Part shown: piece by piece, positions 1 to 10,271 of the stretch
How the letters are laid out: each line of letters opens with the position of its first letter
Position numbering within the stretch: position 1 is the stretch's first letter
Source: Promethearchaeota archaeon
GTDB lineage: Archaea > Asgardarchaeota > Lokiarchaeia > Sigyniarchaeales > SOKP01
NCBI GenBank assembly: GCA_016926735.1
Contig: JAFGOA010000036.1
Span: forward strand, 1 to 64,000
Length of the DNA: 64,000 bases
Reading direction: 5' to 3'
The notes under the pieces: model-generated
Database searches by the model: none
What the model saw: the letters and a program-made list of their open reading frames with translations, nothing else
Told to the model about the DNA's origin: nothing
Position numbers and translations under genes: made by a program

Positions 1-186
1 ATAAGATTGTATAGTTTCTCAATTAAATATAGGGAAAAACTGAACAATTTTTAATTATTCTACTATTTCTTATTATCTTATTTATAAATATTTGATATAT
101 ATATACTTTCGATTAGAATTTTAAAAAATTTAATTAGTAATCGTTCAATATTTTAATAAAAAAAAAAGTTTTCACATAAAATAATC

Positions 187-1566
187 ATGAATTTCGATAT
201 ATTAAAAAAAACACCCCTTTATGATGTTTTTTCTGATTTAGGAAAAAGAATTTTTTTACCAGATGGTATTTTCTATTGGTCTGGAAGGGCAAAAAAAGAA
301 GCAGACATAAATGGTACTATTGGAACTGCTTATGGGTATGAAAAAGACTTTATAGAAGGAGGTTTTGATGATTGGGTTCCATGTTATTTACCAGAAATAA
401 AAAAATATACTAAATTAAGCGTAAATGATATCGTACCTTATGCATCTATAGGTGGATTAACAGATTTAAGACAAAAATGGAAAGAATTTATTATTGAAAA
501 ATCCTTGTATGATTTAAATACAGAAGAGGCAAAGATAATACATCTTAAAAAATATATTTCAAATCCTATAATTACTGCAGGTGTTACTAATGGAATATAT
601 CTTAGTGGCAAATTATTTCTCAATTCTGGAGAATCTATAATATGCGCTAATAAAAGATGGGGAAATTATGATAATATCTTTAAGAAAAATTTGGGAATCA
701 AGATAAAATCATTTCAATTTTTTAAAGGAAAACGATTAAATTTAGAATCATTAAAAGATGCAATTTTTGAGGTTGGAAAAATACAAAATAAAATAGTTAT
801 AATCTTAAATTTTCCAAATAATCCAACAGGATACATTCCATCAGTACAAGAAGCAATGGATCTCGTAAAATTAATTAAAGAAAGCCAAGTTGAACTTAAA
901 AAACCATTTGTCGTGATAATTGATGATGCATATGAACCCTATGTGTTTTCTGATAATGCTTTAAAAAATTCTATATTCTATGAATTACAGCAACTAAGAG
1001 AGGATATTATTCCTGTAAAATTAGATGGAATAACTAAGGAACTTCTAATGTATGGTGCTCGGATTGGATTTGTGACTATTGGATTGAAACCTAATTGGAT
1101 ATCAAACGATACTGAATTAGAAATATTAATAAATGAAATTAATAATAAACTTGAAGGAATTAATAGAAGCTCAATATCTAATTGTAATCATATATATCAA
1201 GCAATAACAGAAAAAATATTCGATGATGTTGGATTTGAAAATATTTTCAAAAGCAGGAATAAAATAATTGAATTACTTAAGGAGAGATATGAAAAAATAA
1301 ATTTAGAACTTAATAAAATTGATAATCCAGATATAACTATTGACCCGAATTCAGGTGGATTTTTCCTCTTTATAAATTTAAATAAGGAAAAATATAAGGC
1401 AAAAGAATTCGGAGATTATTTACTAAGAACTTATAAAGTTGGAATCATACCAATAGAAGATGAAACAGAAGGTATTAATGGTTTTCGTATAGCATATTGT
1501 TCTATTGATATATCACAGATCTCAGAATTTATAAATAGAATCAAAGCAGCTTTAATTAATTATTAA
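187..1566 (+). CDS. PLP-dependent aminotransferase, class I/II
   Basis: NFPNNPTGY, DDAY and the PLP-lysine segment DGITKELLMYGARIGF; C-terminal GFRIAY. Confidence 0.9.
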   Translation: MNFDILKKTPLYDVFSDLGKRIFLPDGIFYWSGRAKKEADINGTIGTAYGYEKDFIEGGFDDWVPCYLPEIKKYTKLSVNDIVPYASIGGLTDLRQKWKEFIIEKSLYDLNTEEAKIIHLKKYISNPIITAGVTNGIYLSGKLFLNSGESIICANKRWGNYDNIFKKNLGIKIKSFQFFKGKRLNLESLKDAIFEVGKIQNKIVIILNFPNNPTGYIPSVQEAMDLVKLIKESQVELKKPFVVIIDDAYEPYVFSDNALKNSIFYELQQLREDIIPVKLDGITKELLMYGARIGFVTIGLKPNWISNDTELEILINEINNKLEGINRSSISNCNHIYQAITEKIFDDVGFENIFKSRNKIIELLKERYEKINLELNKIDNPDITIDPNSGGFFLFINLNKEKYKAKEFGDYLLRTYKVGIIPIEDETEGINGFRIAYCSIDISQISEFINRIKAALINY

Positions 1567-1775
1567 ATTTCTCTTTATCTTAGATTTTTTTTATTATTTA
1601 ATATTTATTCTATAACGTCTCAAATATTTATAATATAATAATATCTCTAAATTATTAATTAACTCTTTGTTATAAAATTCAATTTAATTCTTTATTTTAC
1701 ATAAAATCGACAATTAGAATAAAAATAAATAATTTTAGTTTAGAATATTTTATTTTTTCAAATAATACCAAGGTT

Positions 1776-1789
1776 AAAGTTTTTATAAG
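1776..1789 (+). promoter_or_regulatory. Putative archaeal BRE/TATA promoter of the gelsolin gene
   Basis: AAAGTTTTTATAAG about 63 nt upstream of the ATG at 1852, with GAGGA just before the start; a near-identical AAAGCTTTTATAA lies upstream of ORF 20759. The AT-rich background limits certainty. Confidence 0.4.
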
Positions 1790-1851
1790 GATTGTAGTAT
1801 ATTATATGTAATAATTTGTTATATATAATTACTAACTTTTGAGGATTATAA

Positions 1852-2826
1852 ATGAAGTTATTTATAGTAGACAAGGGAGAATTAAAAGAGATTAAAAAAC
1901 CCGTTTTTTCTACTGGTGATGTTTATCTTCTTGATGATGAATATACAATTTACGTTTGGATTGGAAATAAATGTAGTGTGGATGAAAAAACCAGTGGAGC
2001 TGCTCAAGCTCGAAATTTAGATCAAGAGCGAGGTGGTGCAGCAAAGATAATTACTATCGATCAAGGTCAAGAATCAAATGATTTTCTCAAACTGATAGCA
2101 TCAATGGGAACTATGAAAATCGTAGAAAAGAATATAGCAAGGACAATGTTGAAAGATGTAATGACGGGAGACTATGCAGGATTTACAGAACACATAAATG
2201 TTTTGTATAGAGTAAGCTCTGAAGAATTTGAAAACATTAATGCAATGAAGATGATACAAGTTCCATATTCTGTTGATTCTTTAGATTCTGAAGATTGTTT
2301 TGTATTAGATTTTGGAACTAGAGTATTGGTATGGCAGGGAAATGCTTGCAATGTTAAAGAAAAGGTAAAATCCGGTCAATGGGCAAGACAAATTGACGCT
2401 GAAAGAGCAGGAGATCAAAATGAAGAAATTTATGAAGAAGGTAATGACGTAGCATTTTTAGATGCCCTTAAAAAGGGTACAGATTATAAAGAATCAGATG
2501 CTTTTCAATTACGAGCAGAATCAGAAATAGAACCAGACACAGAAATAGATAAAATATCTGATGATGTTCAACCAGAAACAAAATCTACAATTGGGGATAG
2601 CACTTCAGAACCAAAGAGCGCTCCTTTACCTCCAGAAAAAATTGAAGATTCTTTAATAACCATAGAAAAATCAGAAGGTCGCCGAATCTGTCCAAAATGT
2701 AGTGAAGAAAAGAAGAGTATGATTCACGAGAGTATAGATAAATCTAATATCATTATGGATTATCCCCGCGTTTATGGAAAAAAATATAAATGCGGTTCTT
2801 GTGGAGCAGAATGGCGCGAAAAATAA
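1852..2826 (+). CDS. Two-domain gelsolin-like actin regulator with C-terminal zinc ribbon
   Basis: Two gelsolin repeats (FSTGDVYLLD..IYVWIG..S.DEK; LDSEDCFVLD..VLVWQG..NVKEK), an acidic/Pro linker, then CPKC...CGSC. Confidence 0.88.
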   Translation: MKLFIVDKGELKEIKKPVFSTGDVYLLDDEYTIYVWIGNKCSVDEKTSGAAQARNLDQERGGAAKIITIDQGQESNDFLKLIASMGTMKIVEKNIARTMLKDVMTGDYAGFTEHINVLYRVSSEEFENINAMKMIQVPYSVDSLDSEDCFVLDFGTRVLVWQGNACNVKEKVKSGQWARQIDAERAGDQNEEIYEEGNDVAFLDALKKGTDYKESDAFQLRAESEIEPDTEIDKISDDVQPETKSTIGDSTSEPKSAPLPPEKIEDSLITIEKSEGRRICPKCSEEKKSMIHESIDKSNIIMDYPRVYGKKYKCGSCGAEWREK

Positions 2827-2861
2827 TTTTGAATATAATTTAATTTTTTATTTTTCACTTT

Positions 2862-4211
2862 TTATTTTAATGAAGTTCTTCTCAATAATTTAATTTTTTT
2901 CTTTAATTCAATGATATCTTTATCCTTTTCATCGATATGTTCTTTTAATTTAATTTTCTCATCCTTAAGGTTTTGAAGATCGTTTAAGATCTTATCTTCT
3001 ATTTTTTCTGTTTCGGATAGTTTACTTTGTAATTTAGATTCTTTTTCTTTTAATATTTTTATAGTCTTTTCTTTTTCTTCCAATCTATATTGCATATTTG
3101 AATATTCTAATTCAAATTTACCTGTTAATTCCCCTGATTTTTGTTGCGTTTGCTCAAGTCTATTTTCCAATCGCTCTATAATTTCTTGATTAGTAAGGAT
3201 CTTTTGATTTAAAGATTCCATTTCTAATACTAAAGTATTTATACGTTCTTCTTTCTTTTTTATATCTTTTTTAAGTAAACTAAATGTTTCCATTTGTTGC
3301 TTTATTTCATTCATTTTTTTATTTGTTTCATTGACCTTATTTTCAAGATTAAATATCTCTTTATCTTTTTCTGTTAGAATTTCATCTTTCTTCTCTACTA
3401 AAAGCTCTAATTTTTCAAATTTAGATTTTTGTATTGATTCTTTTTCTAAATAAGTAATCTGCTCCTCATAACCTTTAATCTTTGTCTTTAATTCTTCATT
3501 AAGACGACTAATTTCTTCATCTTTTAAACCTAGCTTTTTAGTGATATTTTGAATTTCTTGATCATTATTAGAAACATTAGATTTAAAATTTGAAATTTCT
3601 TCTTGAAGAGAACTAATTTTTGAATTCAAACTTCCAATATTATCTGTTTTTTTTTTTAATTCTGCATTTAGTTTTTCTATTTCTTGATTTTTATCAATAA
3701 TTTCATTTTTAAATTCGATTATTTTATTTACTTGAACTTCACTATTACCTAAATTTTGCTCTAAATCTTTAATTTTTATGTTTAATTTCTTTATTATAAT
3801 ATCCTTTTCTTGGATTAAATCATTATCAGTAATCTTGTTTTCATCAAGATTTTTTTTAAGATTATTGATATCTTGTTCTTTTGCCTTTATAACATTTGTA
3901 AATTCTTCCTTTTCTTTTTGTAATTTCTCTATCCTTGAATTAAATTCTTGATTTTCTTGTTTAAAATTATTTAACTCTTTATTTAGTGTTTCTTTCTCAT
4001 TATTTAATCCTTGGATCATCATGTTCAGTTTTTCGTTCTCTTCTTTAAATAATTTTAATTGTTCAAGTGGATTATCAGTATTTATTTTATCATCTGGGAT
4101 TTCATCTCTTTCTTCAACCCATCCTAACGTAGACAAGGCCTCACTAATAGGATGTTCATCATCTTGTCCTTTTTCGTTTTGATTATTATGTTCTTCCATA
4201 ATATATATCAC
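2862..4211 (-). CDS. Long coiled-coil protein of unknown function
   Basis: About 400 aa of E/K/N/L/I heptad pattern with no ATPase motifs; short non-coiled N-terminal head. Confidence 0.75.
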   Translation of the reverse strand: MIYIMEEHNNQNEKGQDDEHPISEALSTLGWVEERDEIPDDKINTDNPLEQLKLFKEENEKLNMMIQGLNNEKETLNKELNNFKQENQEFNSRIEKLQKEKEEFTNVIKAKEQDINNLKKNLDENKITDNDLIQEKDIIIKKLNIKIKDLEQNLGNSEVQVNKIIEFKNEIIDKNQEIEKLNAELKKKTDNIGSLNSKISSLQEEISNFKSNVSNNDQEIQNITKKLGLKDEEISRLNEELKTKIKGYEEQITYLEKESIQKSKFEKLELLVEKKDEILTEKDKEIFNLENKVNETNKKMNEIKQQMETFSLLKKDIKKKEERINTLVLEMESLNQKILTNQEIIERLENRLEQTQQKSGELTGKFELEYSNMQYRLEEKEKTIKILKEKESKLQSKLSETEKIEDKILNDLQNLKDEKIKLKEHIDEKDKDIIELKKKIKLLRRTSLK

Positions 4212-4674
4212 TTTTCAATAAAATATGTTTTTTCCAGATATTTTGTATAGTAATTTAAAATTTATATTAATTAGGAATTATTTTTTGAATATTTAAGTAA
4301 TTAAAAAAAAGAAGGTTTAATATTTTTTATTATAGTATTTGAATATCTAATTTTAATTAAAGCTATACTTTGTGCGAAATAAGAGTTTATAAGATTGAGA
4401 AAGATTTGGATAAAGAAGAGATTTACTCAGGTTTGAGTAGTTATGATAATGAATTTTAACCTTATTTTAAAGAATAAACATAAATTTATCAGAATTTAGA
4501 CTAGAGAATAATGATAAAAATAATAATTTATAATTATAGGGTTTTAATAATTTTTCTATTTCTTATTTTCAGAGAGGAGAAACTATATTTGAATATATGC
4601 ATTTATTTTTAAAAGACGAAAATCTAACATAATTATATAAAATTTTATCTAATCTTAAAAATTGGATTGAAAAC

Positions 4675-5400
4675 ATGTTTGAAGATATAATTAATAAAGC
4701 TTTTAAAGATTTAAACGATGGAAAATTTATATTAATTTATGATAAAGATGGAAGAGAAGAGGAAGTGGATTTAATATGTCTTGCTGAGAAAGTAACAGCT
4801 AAACATATATATAAACTTCGTAATGATGCAGGAGGACTGATATGTATTGCTATGCATGCAAATATAGCAAAAGTCTTGGGATTGCCGTTTATGACAGAAA
4901 TCTATTCTAAAGTTAAGGGAGATTTTAAGGTTTTTAATTCTATTTCAAGAGGAGAAGTGTGCCCTTATGGAGATAGACCTTCATTTTCCATCACGATAAA
5001 TCATACTAATACATATACAGGGATTACAGACATAGATAGAGCGTTAACAATCAGAGAATTTGGAATTTTAAGTGCTAATATTTATAAAAATGGAGTTGAA
5101 TCGGATTTATTAATTAAATCATTTAATTCAAATTTTAGGGCACCTGGACATGTTCATTTACTTATAGCTCATGATAATTTATTAAGTGAAAGAATGGGCC
5201 ATACAGAATTATCTGTATCTTTAGCTTATATGGGAAATTTAACGCCTGCAACTGTATTATGTGAGATGTTAGATAAAGATAATGGTAAAGCATTATCAAT
5301 TGAGAAAGCAAAAGAATATGCTGAAAAAAATAATTTAATTATGATCAAAGGAAACGATATTTTAAAAGTTTTCGAGAAATTTAAGAGAGAGAATTGTTAA
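4675..5400 (+). CDS. ribB: 3,4-dihydroxy-2-butanone 4-phosphate synthase (archaeal type)
   Basis: YDKDGREEEVD, RNDAGGLIC, FSITINH..TYTGITDIDRALT, FRAPGHV, R.GHTE. Confidence 0.95.
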   Translation: MFEDIINKAFKDLNDGKFILIYDKDGREEEVDLICLAEKVTAKHIYKLRNDAGGLICIAMHANIAKVLGLPFMTEIYSKVKGDFKVFNSISRGEVCPYGDRPSFSITINHTNTYTGITDIDRALTIREFGILSANIYKNGVESDLLIKSFNSNFRAPGHVHLLIAHDNLLSERMGHTELSVSLAYMGNLTPATVLCEMLDKDNGKALSIEKAKEYAEKNNLIMIKGNDILKVFEKFKRENC

Positions 5401-5870
5401 TGACAGTAAATATTGGTATTGCAGATACTACATTTGCTCGTGTAGATATGGGAAAGATTGCAATTAATGAAATAGAAAACACAACAACTAAAGCATCTAT
5501 AATAAGATATACAGTACCGGGTATGAAAGATTTACCAGTTGCATGCAAAATATTATTTGAAAAATATGATTGTCAAATCTGTATTGCTTTAGGGATGCCA
5601 GGTCCTGAAGAAAAAGATAAAATATGTGCTCATGAAGCAAGTCAAGGGATTATCAACTGTCAATTAATAACAGGAAAACATATAATTGAATGTTTTGTTC
5701 ATGAAGATGAAGGAAATACCCCTAAAGAATTAATTGAAATATGTGATAATAGAGCAAGAGAACATGCTCAAAATGTATTAAAATTATTATTTGATAAAGA
5801 ATGGTTAATAAAAAGAGCTGGAATGGGCCTTAGACAAGGTCATCCAGATGTAGGACCTATTAAAAAATAA
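5394..5870 (+). CDS. ribC: Archaeal (pentameric-type) riboflavin synthase
   Basis: IGIADTTFARVDMG, RYTVPG.KDLPVACK, FVHEDE, G.GLRQG; the start is probably the ATG at 5400. Confidence 0.95.
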   Translation: MLMTVNIGIADTTFARVDMGKIAINEIENTTTKASIIRYTVPGMKDLPVACKILFEKYDCQICIALGMPGPEEKDKICAHEASQGIINCQLITGKHIIECFVHEDEGNTPKELIEICDNRAREHAQNVLKLLFDKEWLIKRAGMGLRQGHPDVGPIKK

Positions 5871-5884
5871 AATAGTGAAAAAAT

Positions 5885-6313
5885 ATGAGTGAAAAAAAAA
5901 TAAATATAGGTATTGTTGTTGGAGAATTTCATTATGATATAACTGAAAATATGATGAAAAAGGCAATAGAACATGCAGAATTTCTAGGTTGTAATGTCTT
6001 AGATATAGTTAAAGTACCAGGAAGTTTTGATATGCCTTTAGCAATAAAAAGGTTATTATCTAAAAGTGAAATCGAAGGTGTAGTTTGCATAGGAGCGGTT
6101 ATCACAGGAGATACTGATCATGATCAAATTGTTGCTCAGCATGCAGCAAGAAAAATGGTTGATTTATCTTTAGAATTTGATAAACCCGTATCATTAGGAG
6201 TCTCAGGTCCTGGAATGACTCGTATGGAAGCTATTGAACGGATTGAAGATTTTGCACGACGTTCTGTAGAAAGTGTTGTTAAAATGATTAGAAGATTAGC
6301 AAAGATAATCTAA
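5885..6313 (+). CDS. ribH: 6,7-dimethyl-8-ribityllumazine synthase
   Basis: IGIVVGEF, VPGSFDMP, GAVITGDTDHD, KPVSLGVSGPG. Confidence 0.95.
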   Translation: MSEKKINIGIVVGEFHYDITENMMKKAIEHAEFLGCNVLDIVKVPGSFDMPLAIKRLLSKSEIEGVVCIGAVITGDTDHDQIVAQHAARKMVDLSLEFDKPVSLGVSGPGMTRMEAIERIEDFARRSVESVVKMIRRLAKII

Positions 6314-6320
6314 ATTTAGA

Positions 6321-7082
6321 GTGATCTTATTGATTCAAATAACAACTATACAAATCGATAACTTTGGCCCATTCACAGAAGATCTAGGTAATAATCGAGA
6401 ACATAAAATTCAATTATTATTGTCAGAATTGTATATATTCCTACAAAAATGCTTTAACAAATACAATAGTCTTGTTTTTTCTGCATCTAAAGATATTTTA
6501 ATAGCAGTAACAAATGGTATTAGTATTGAAGTACATCAAGAAATTATTGATAAAGTTAAAGAAAATTTCCCGATAACAATAAGTATTGGTATAGGTGTTG
6601 GAAGTACTCCTCTAGATGCTCAAATAGAATCATCAAATGTTTTAAAACCTTATGGGAGTGCGCAATCTTCGAGAAAGAGTATACTAGCCCATAATGGAAA
6701 AAAGATTCCAATCAATAATAATATCAAAGTTGCTCATATTGATATTAATTTTTATACAAAATTAGCGACTGATGTAAATCCGTTCTATATAAATTATATT
6801 TCTTTAAATAAAAGTTATGCGACTTTAATGGAATATTTTAAAGAAATTAATACTCTTTGTTTTTTTAATGGAGGAGATAATTTTATCTGTATCTGTTCAA
6901 ATGATGTAAAACGCTCAGATATAGAAAATATATTGAATAAATATGAAGAAAAATATAAACCTTGGAAATTAAAAGCAGGAATAGGTCAAGGAGAAAATAT
7001 TTTAGAAGCTATATCAGAAGCAAATATCTTTTTGCATAAAATAAGAAAAGGGCACAACCAAGAAAAAATATTAGGCATTTAA
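6321..7082 (+). CDS. gch3: GTP cyclohydrolase III (ArfA)
   Basis: IQIDNFGPFT..LG..RE, G.G.TPLDAQ, GSAQ, AHIDIN, GGDNF; lies within the riboflavin operon. Confidence 0.88.
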   Translation: MILLIQITTIQIDNFGPFTEDLGNNREHKIQLLLSELYIFLQKCFNKYNSLVFSASKDILIAVTNGISIEVHQEIIDKVKENFPITISIGIGVGSTPLDAQIESSNVLKPYGSAQSSRKSILAHNGKKIPINNNIKVAHIDINFYTKLATDVNPFYINYISLNKSYATLMEYFKEINTLCFFNGGDNFICICSNDVKRSDIENILNKYEEKYKPWKLKAGIGQGENILEAISEANIFLHKIRKGHNQEKILGI

Positions 7083-7127
7083 TTATCTCTTTCTTTTTTT
7101 CCAATTATTTTAAAGTGTTTTATTGCT

Positions 7128-7799
7128 ATGAAGAAAATATTTTTTATTCCTATCGGAAGTTTTGAACAACATGGACCTCATTTACCACCAGAAACAGATT
7201 ATTTAATAGCAAAAAAAATAACAAAAGCAATTGCAAAGGATTTTTCAAAAAAGATACTTAAGGGAATAAAAATAGGTATATCAACGGAACATATAGAATT
7301 TAATATGACTAGGTCAATAACACCAGAAATTTTTATTAGTAAAATTAAAAAAGTCATCAGTAAAATTGGAAAAAAATCAATATTGATTATTATTAACGCT
7401 CATGGCGGAAATATTGAAACATTAAAAGAGATCCAACATTTATTTCAAAACCAAATAATTATTTTAAATACTTTTTCATTAATTAAAGAATCCTTGAAAC
7501 AATATAGAACATCTGAAATTGGAGGTATTTGTCATGCTGGAGAATTTGAAACTTCTTTAATGATGTATTTATATCCTAAAAAAGTAAAGATTCAAAATTT
7601 AAAAAAAAAAGATATTGTTTATGTTCCTTCTCTTGACCCTAATTTTGAAAATGAAAAACCTAAGGATTGGAAAACAATTCAATTTTCTAAAAGTGGTGTT
7701 TTAGGAGATCCTCTTCATGCTAATAAAAGAAAAGGAAATATATGGTTTGAGAATATTGTTAAAAATGCATTAAAAAAGATTAAATTAAGTTTCAGATAG
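7128..7799 (+). CDS. arfB: Creatininase-family amidohydrolase, likely FAPy deformylase (ArfB)
   Basis: PIGSFEQHGPHLPPETD, NAHGGN, HAGEFETS, GVLGDP; directly follows gch3. Confidence 0.8.
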   Translation: MKKIFFIPIGSFEQHGPHLPPETDYLIAKKITKAIAKDFSKKILKGIKIGISTEHIEFNMTRSITPEIFISKIKKVISKIGKKSILIIINAHGGNIETLKEIQHLFQNQIIILNTFSLIKESLKQYRTSEIGGICHAGEFETSLMMYLYPKKVKIQNLKKKDIVYVPSLDPNFENEKPKDWKTIQFSKSGVLGDPLHANKRKGNIWFENIVKNALKKIKLSFR

Positions 7800-8279
7800 A
7801 GAATTTTTTGTAAAAACATATCTTCTATCTAAGAAAAATTTTGTAATGTATCCAATAGATAAAGCCACTACTAAACTTATCTCTAATGGAGTATGAAATG
7901 CATTTGTAAATAAAAACTGAATTCCAATATTTTCAATTGTAGTTAATATTGCAAAAGCAAAGTATTTTAAAAATTCAATTGAAGTCTCCTTCAATTGTAT
8001 TTCTTTCTTTTTAAAAACTAGGAATTTATCTAAAAAGTATTTGATAATATATGTAATTCCAACAGCTATAATAGATCCAATTAATTCGGGCATATTATAT
8101 GGATCCGTAGAACAATAGAAGGCATAAATAAAATCATTATCACCCCAATTATCAAGAACCCATGGATATATAAATAATATATTCATTTTTTGAATAATAT
8201 AGTTTAAGATTATCATTAAAAACGCAAAAAATAGATATAATATCATTTGTCTTTTAATATTATCAACATCCTTTTTCAT
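7785..8279 (-). CDS. GtrA-like membrane protein
   Basis: Four hydrophobic segments with a duplicated KYFLDKFLVF / KFFLDRRYVF motif. Confidence 0.7.
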   Translation of the reverse strand: MKKDVDNIKRQMILYLFFAFLMIILNYIIQKMNILFIYPWVLDNWGDNDFIYAFYCSTDPYNMPELIGSIIAVGITYIIKYFLDKFLVFKKKEIQLKETSIEFLKYFAFAILTTIENIGIQFLFTNAFHTPLEISLVVALSIGYITKFFLDRRYVFTKNSLSET

Positions 8280-8347
8280 TTTTTTCCACCTTTTTGATAT
8301 TAATGTTTTAAAGAATTATTTTAGATTATTTGTAATTTAAATTAATT

Positions 8348-8968
8348 TTATGAATCCAACTTATTTTTCCAACTGGATTCTTCAGAATCGTCAATATCAT
8401 TGTTTGATTCAAAAGAATTAGAAAGATGATCAGCTATTTTTTGATTATTAGGAGATAGAGTATTATTACCTCCCATCATTCCCATAATTTCTCTTAGAAA
8501 TGATGCAGATTTATCATCTTCACCCACTTTTTTTTTATAAATTCTAAATATAATATAAATTATTAAATTAAAACCTAAAGAACATAAAAAATATATTGCA
8601 AACCATCCACTCCCTAAAATCCATAAAGGAAAGGGAAGAAGATCACTACTATATGGCGCATAAATTATCCATAGAACAGCGATTATACCGATGAAAAGAA
8701 AACATCGAAGACACATAGGTAAAAGCGATTTTTTCATCATTTGGCTTGTTAATGATTTTATATCTATTTGTATTTGTATAAGCATTTGTGGATCTCCAAT
8801 TATACGAGCATTAGAAAACCTTTCTTGAAGATTTCGTGCTTTTTCTCGATATTTTTTCATATCTTTACCAGTTAATCCAAAAACTTTATTGAAAAATCTG
8901 CTAAAAATAACAATACCGAGAGTTATAAATAATATTTGAAGAATAACAGAAATAGTTTCAGCTGACAT
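8348..8968 (-). CDS. DUF106/EMC3/TMCO1 (Oxa1-superfamily)-like membrane protein
   Basis: TM1, then a coiled coil ending in QMMKKSLLPM, TM2, LPFP, and GWFAIYFLCS in TM3. Confidence 0.7.
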   Translation of the reverse strand: MSAETISVILQILFITLGIVIFSRFFNKVFGLTGKDMKKYREKARNLQERFSNARIIGDPQMLIQIQIDIKSLTSQMMKKSLLPMCLRCFLFIGIIAVLWIIYAPYSSDLLPFPLWILGSGWFAIYFLCSLGFNLIIYIIFRIYKKKVGEDDKSASFLREIMGMMGGNNTLSPNNQKIADHLSNSFESNNDIDDSEESSWKNKLDS

Positions 8969-9100
8969 ATGTATGCACTATTCTTTGAAATTGCAAATCA
9001 AAATTAAATTTTTGTATAATATTATTTTGATGAGATTTATTTAAACATTCCATAATTTCATCGAATAAATAAAATATTGATAATTTAAGACATTAAAAGA

Positions 9101-10159
9101 TTATTTTAAATTACCTTTAAAGAAATTTTTTACATATTTTTCATATATTGTTCTTCTATCTTTCAATAAAGATGCAGTAATACTGCATCCTAATCTGCAC
9201 CCATCACAGAAATTATAATCATCATGTTTTTTCATAATATCTGTTGCCTCTTTTGAGTTATAAATTGAATAAATTGGATTTGTTAATGCATTATATCTTT
9301 TTATAGGATGAATTTTACAAGGAAAATCAATAAAACCATCATGTCGTACAAATAAATAAGCTTCAGCTACACGACAGCGGACAATTTTTTGATGTTTTGG
9401 ATTTCCTCCAAATCCACCACTTTCTATAATCTTAATACTGTATTTGTCTGTAAGGAGATTTTTATACTTATTTTTTAGAAATCTTACTATTTTTGCCCAT
9501 AAATTTAGATTAGGAATTATTGAATAAATATCATCAATCTTATACTTTTCTCCATTATATTTTCTGATTATATCTTCACAAGGATATAATTCAATTAGAC
9601 AGTTAAGTCTTTTAGCTAGTTCACATAAATCTGGCATATATTTTAAATTCGTTTTCATAACATTTGTACTTATAATTACTTTAATGCCTTTTTTATTTGC
9701 TAATTTAATAGTATCTATTACTTTGTCAAAAACCTCTATTCCTCGAGTTTTATCATGTAAACTGGCAAAGGGATAATCCAATGACAAAAGAATATAATTT
9801 AATCCTTTTAATTTATCTTCTTTTAATAATAATGGGAGAAGATATCCATTTGATGCAAGCCCTGTAATAAGTTTATGAACAACACCTGAATGATAAATAA
9901 GGTCTGGAAGATCTTTTCTTAGAGTTGGTTCTCCCCCAGTGAAAGTAAGAGATAATACTCCTAAATCTGAAATCTGATCTATAATTGATTTGATTTGATT
10001 TGTTGTCATCTCTTTTTCTTTTAATGAATTAGGAATTCCAGGTATAGCACAAAATTTACAATTAGCGTTACATCGGAGTGTAAGTTCTATTTGGGACGAA
10101 TATGGTATTTTTCTAAACGTTAATGTGTTTAAAAGATAGTTCCTTACATATTTCCACAT
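9101..10159 (-). CDS. Radical SAM protein with C-terminal SPASM/twitch-like cysteines
   Basis: CNANCKFC, FTGGEPTLR, SLD, C-terminal CRV..PC..CDGCRLGC. Confidence 0.88.
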   Translation of the reverse strand: MWKYVRNYLLNTLTFRKIPYSSQIELTLRCNANCKFCAIPGIPNSLKEKEMTTNQIKSIIDQISDLGVLSLTFTGGEPTLRKDLPDLIYHSGVVHKLITGLASNGYLLPLLLKEDKLKGLNYILLSLDYPFASLHDKTRGIEVFDKVIDTIKLANKKGIKVIISTNVMKTNLKYMPDLCELAKRLNCLIELYPCEDIIRKYNGEKYKIDDIYSIIPNLNLWAKIVRFLKNKYKNLLTDKYSIKIIESGGFGGNPKHQKIVRCRVAEAYLFVRHDGFIDFPCKIHPIKRYNALTNPIYSIYNSKEATDIMKKHDDYNFCDGCRLGCSITASLLKDRRTIYEKYVKNFFKGNLK

Positions 10160-10271
10160 AAAAAATCTTACACCTAAAATAAAATTAATAATGTATAAAA
10201 CAGATTCATTTTATAATAATGATATTTCATATTATAAAACTATTTTTCTTATTCTATATTTTTTTTATAAA

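Noticed and set aside
2862-4211. SMC/Rad50 call for the long coiled-coil protein
   Set aside because: No Walker A/B, signature motif, hinge or zinc hook
4212-4674. Possible FMN riboswitch or ribK remnant upstream of ribB
   Set aside because: No FMN riboswitch consensus is visible; the protein-like frame (..EIYSGLSS..) is interrupted by several stops and too weak to assign
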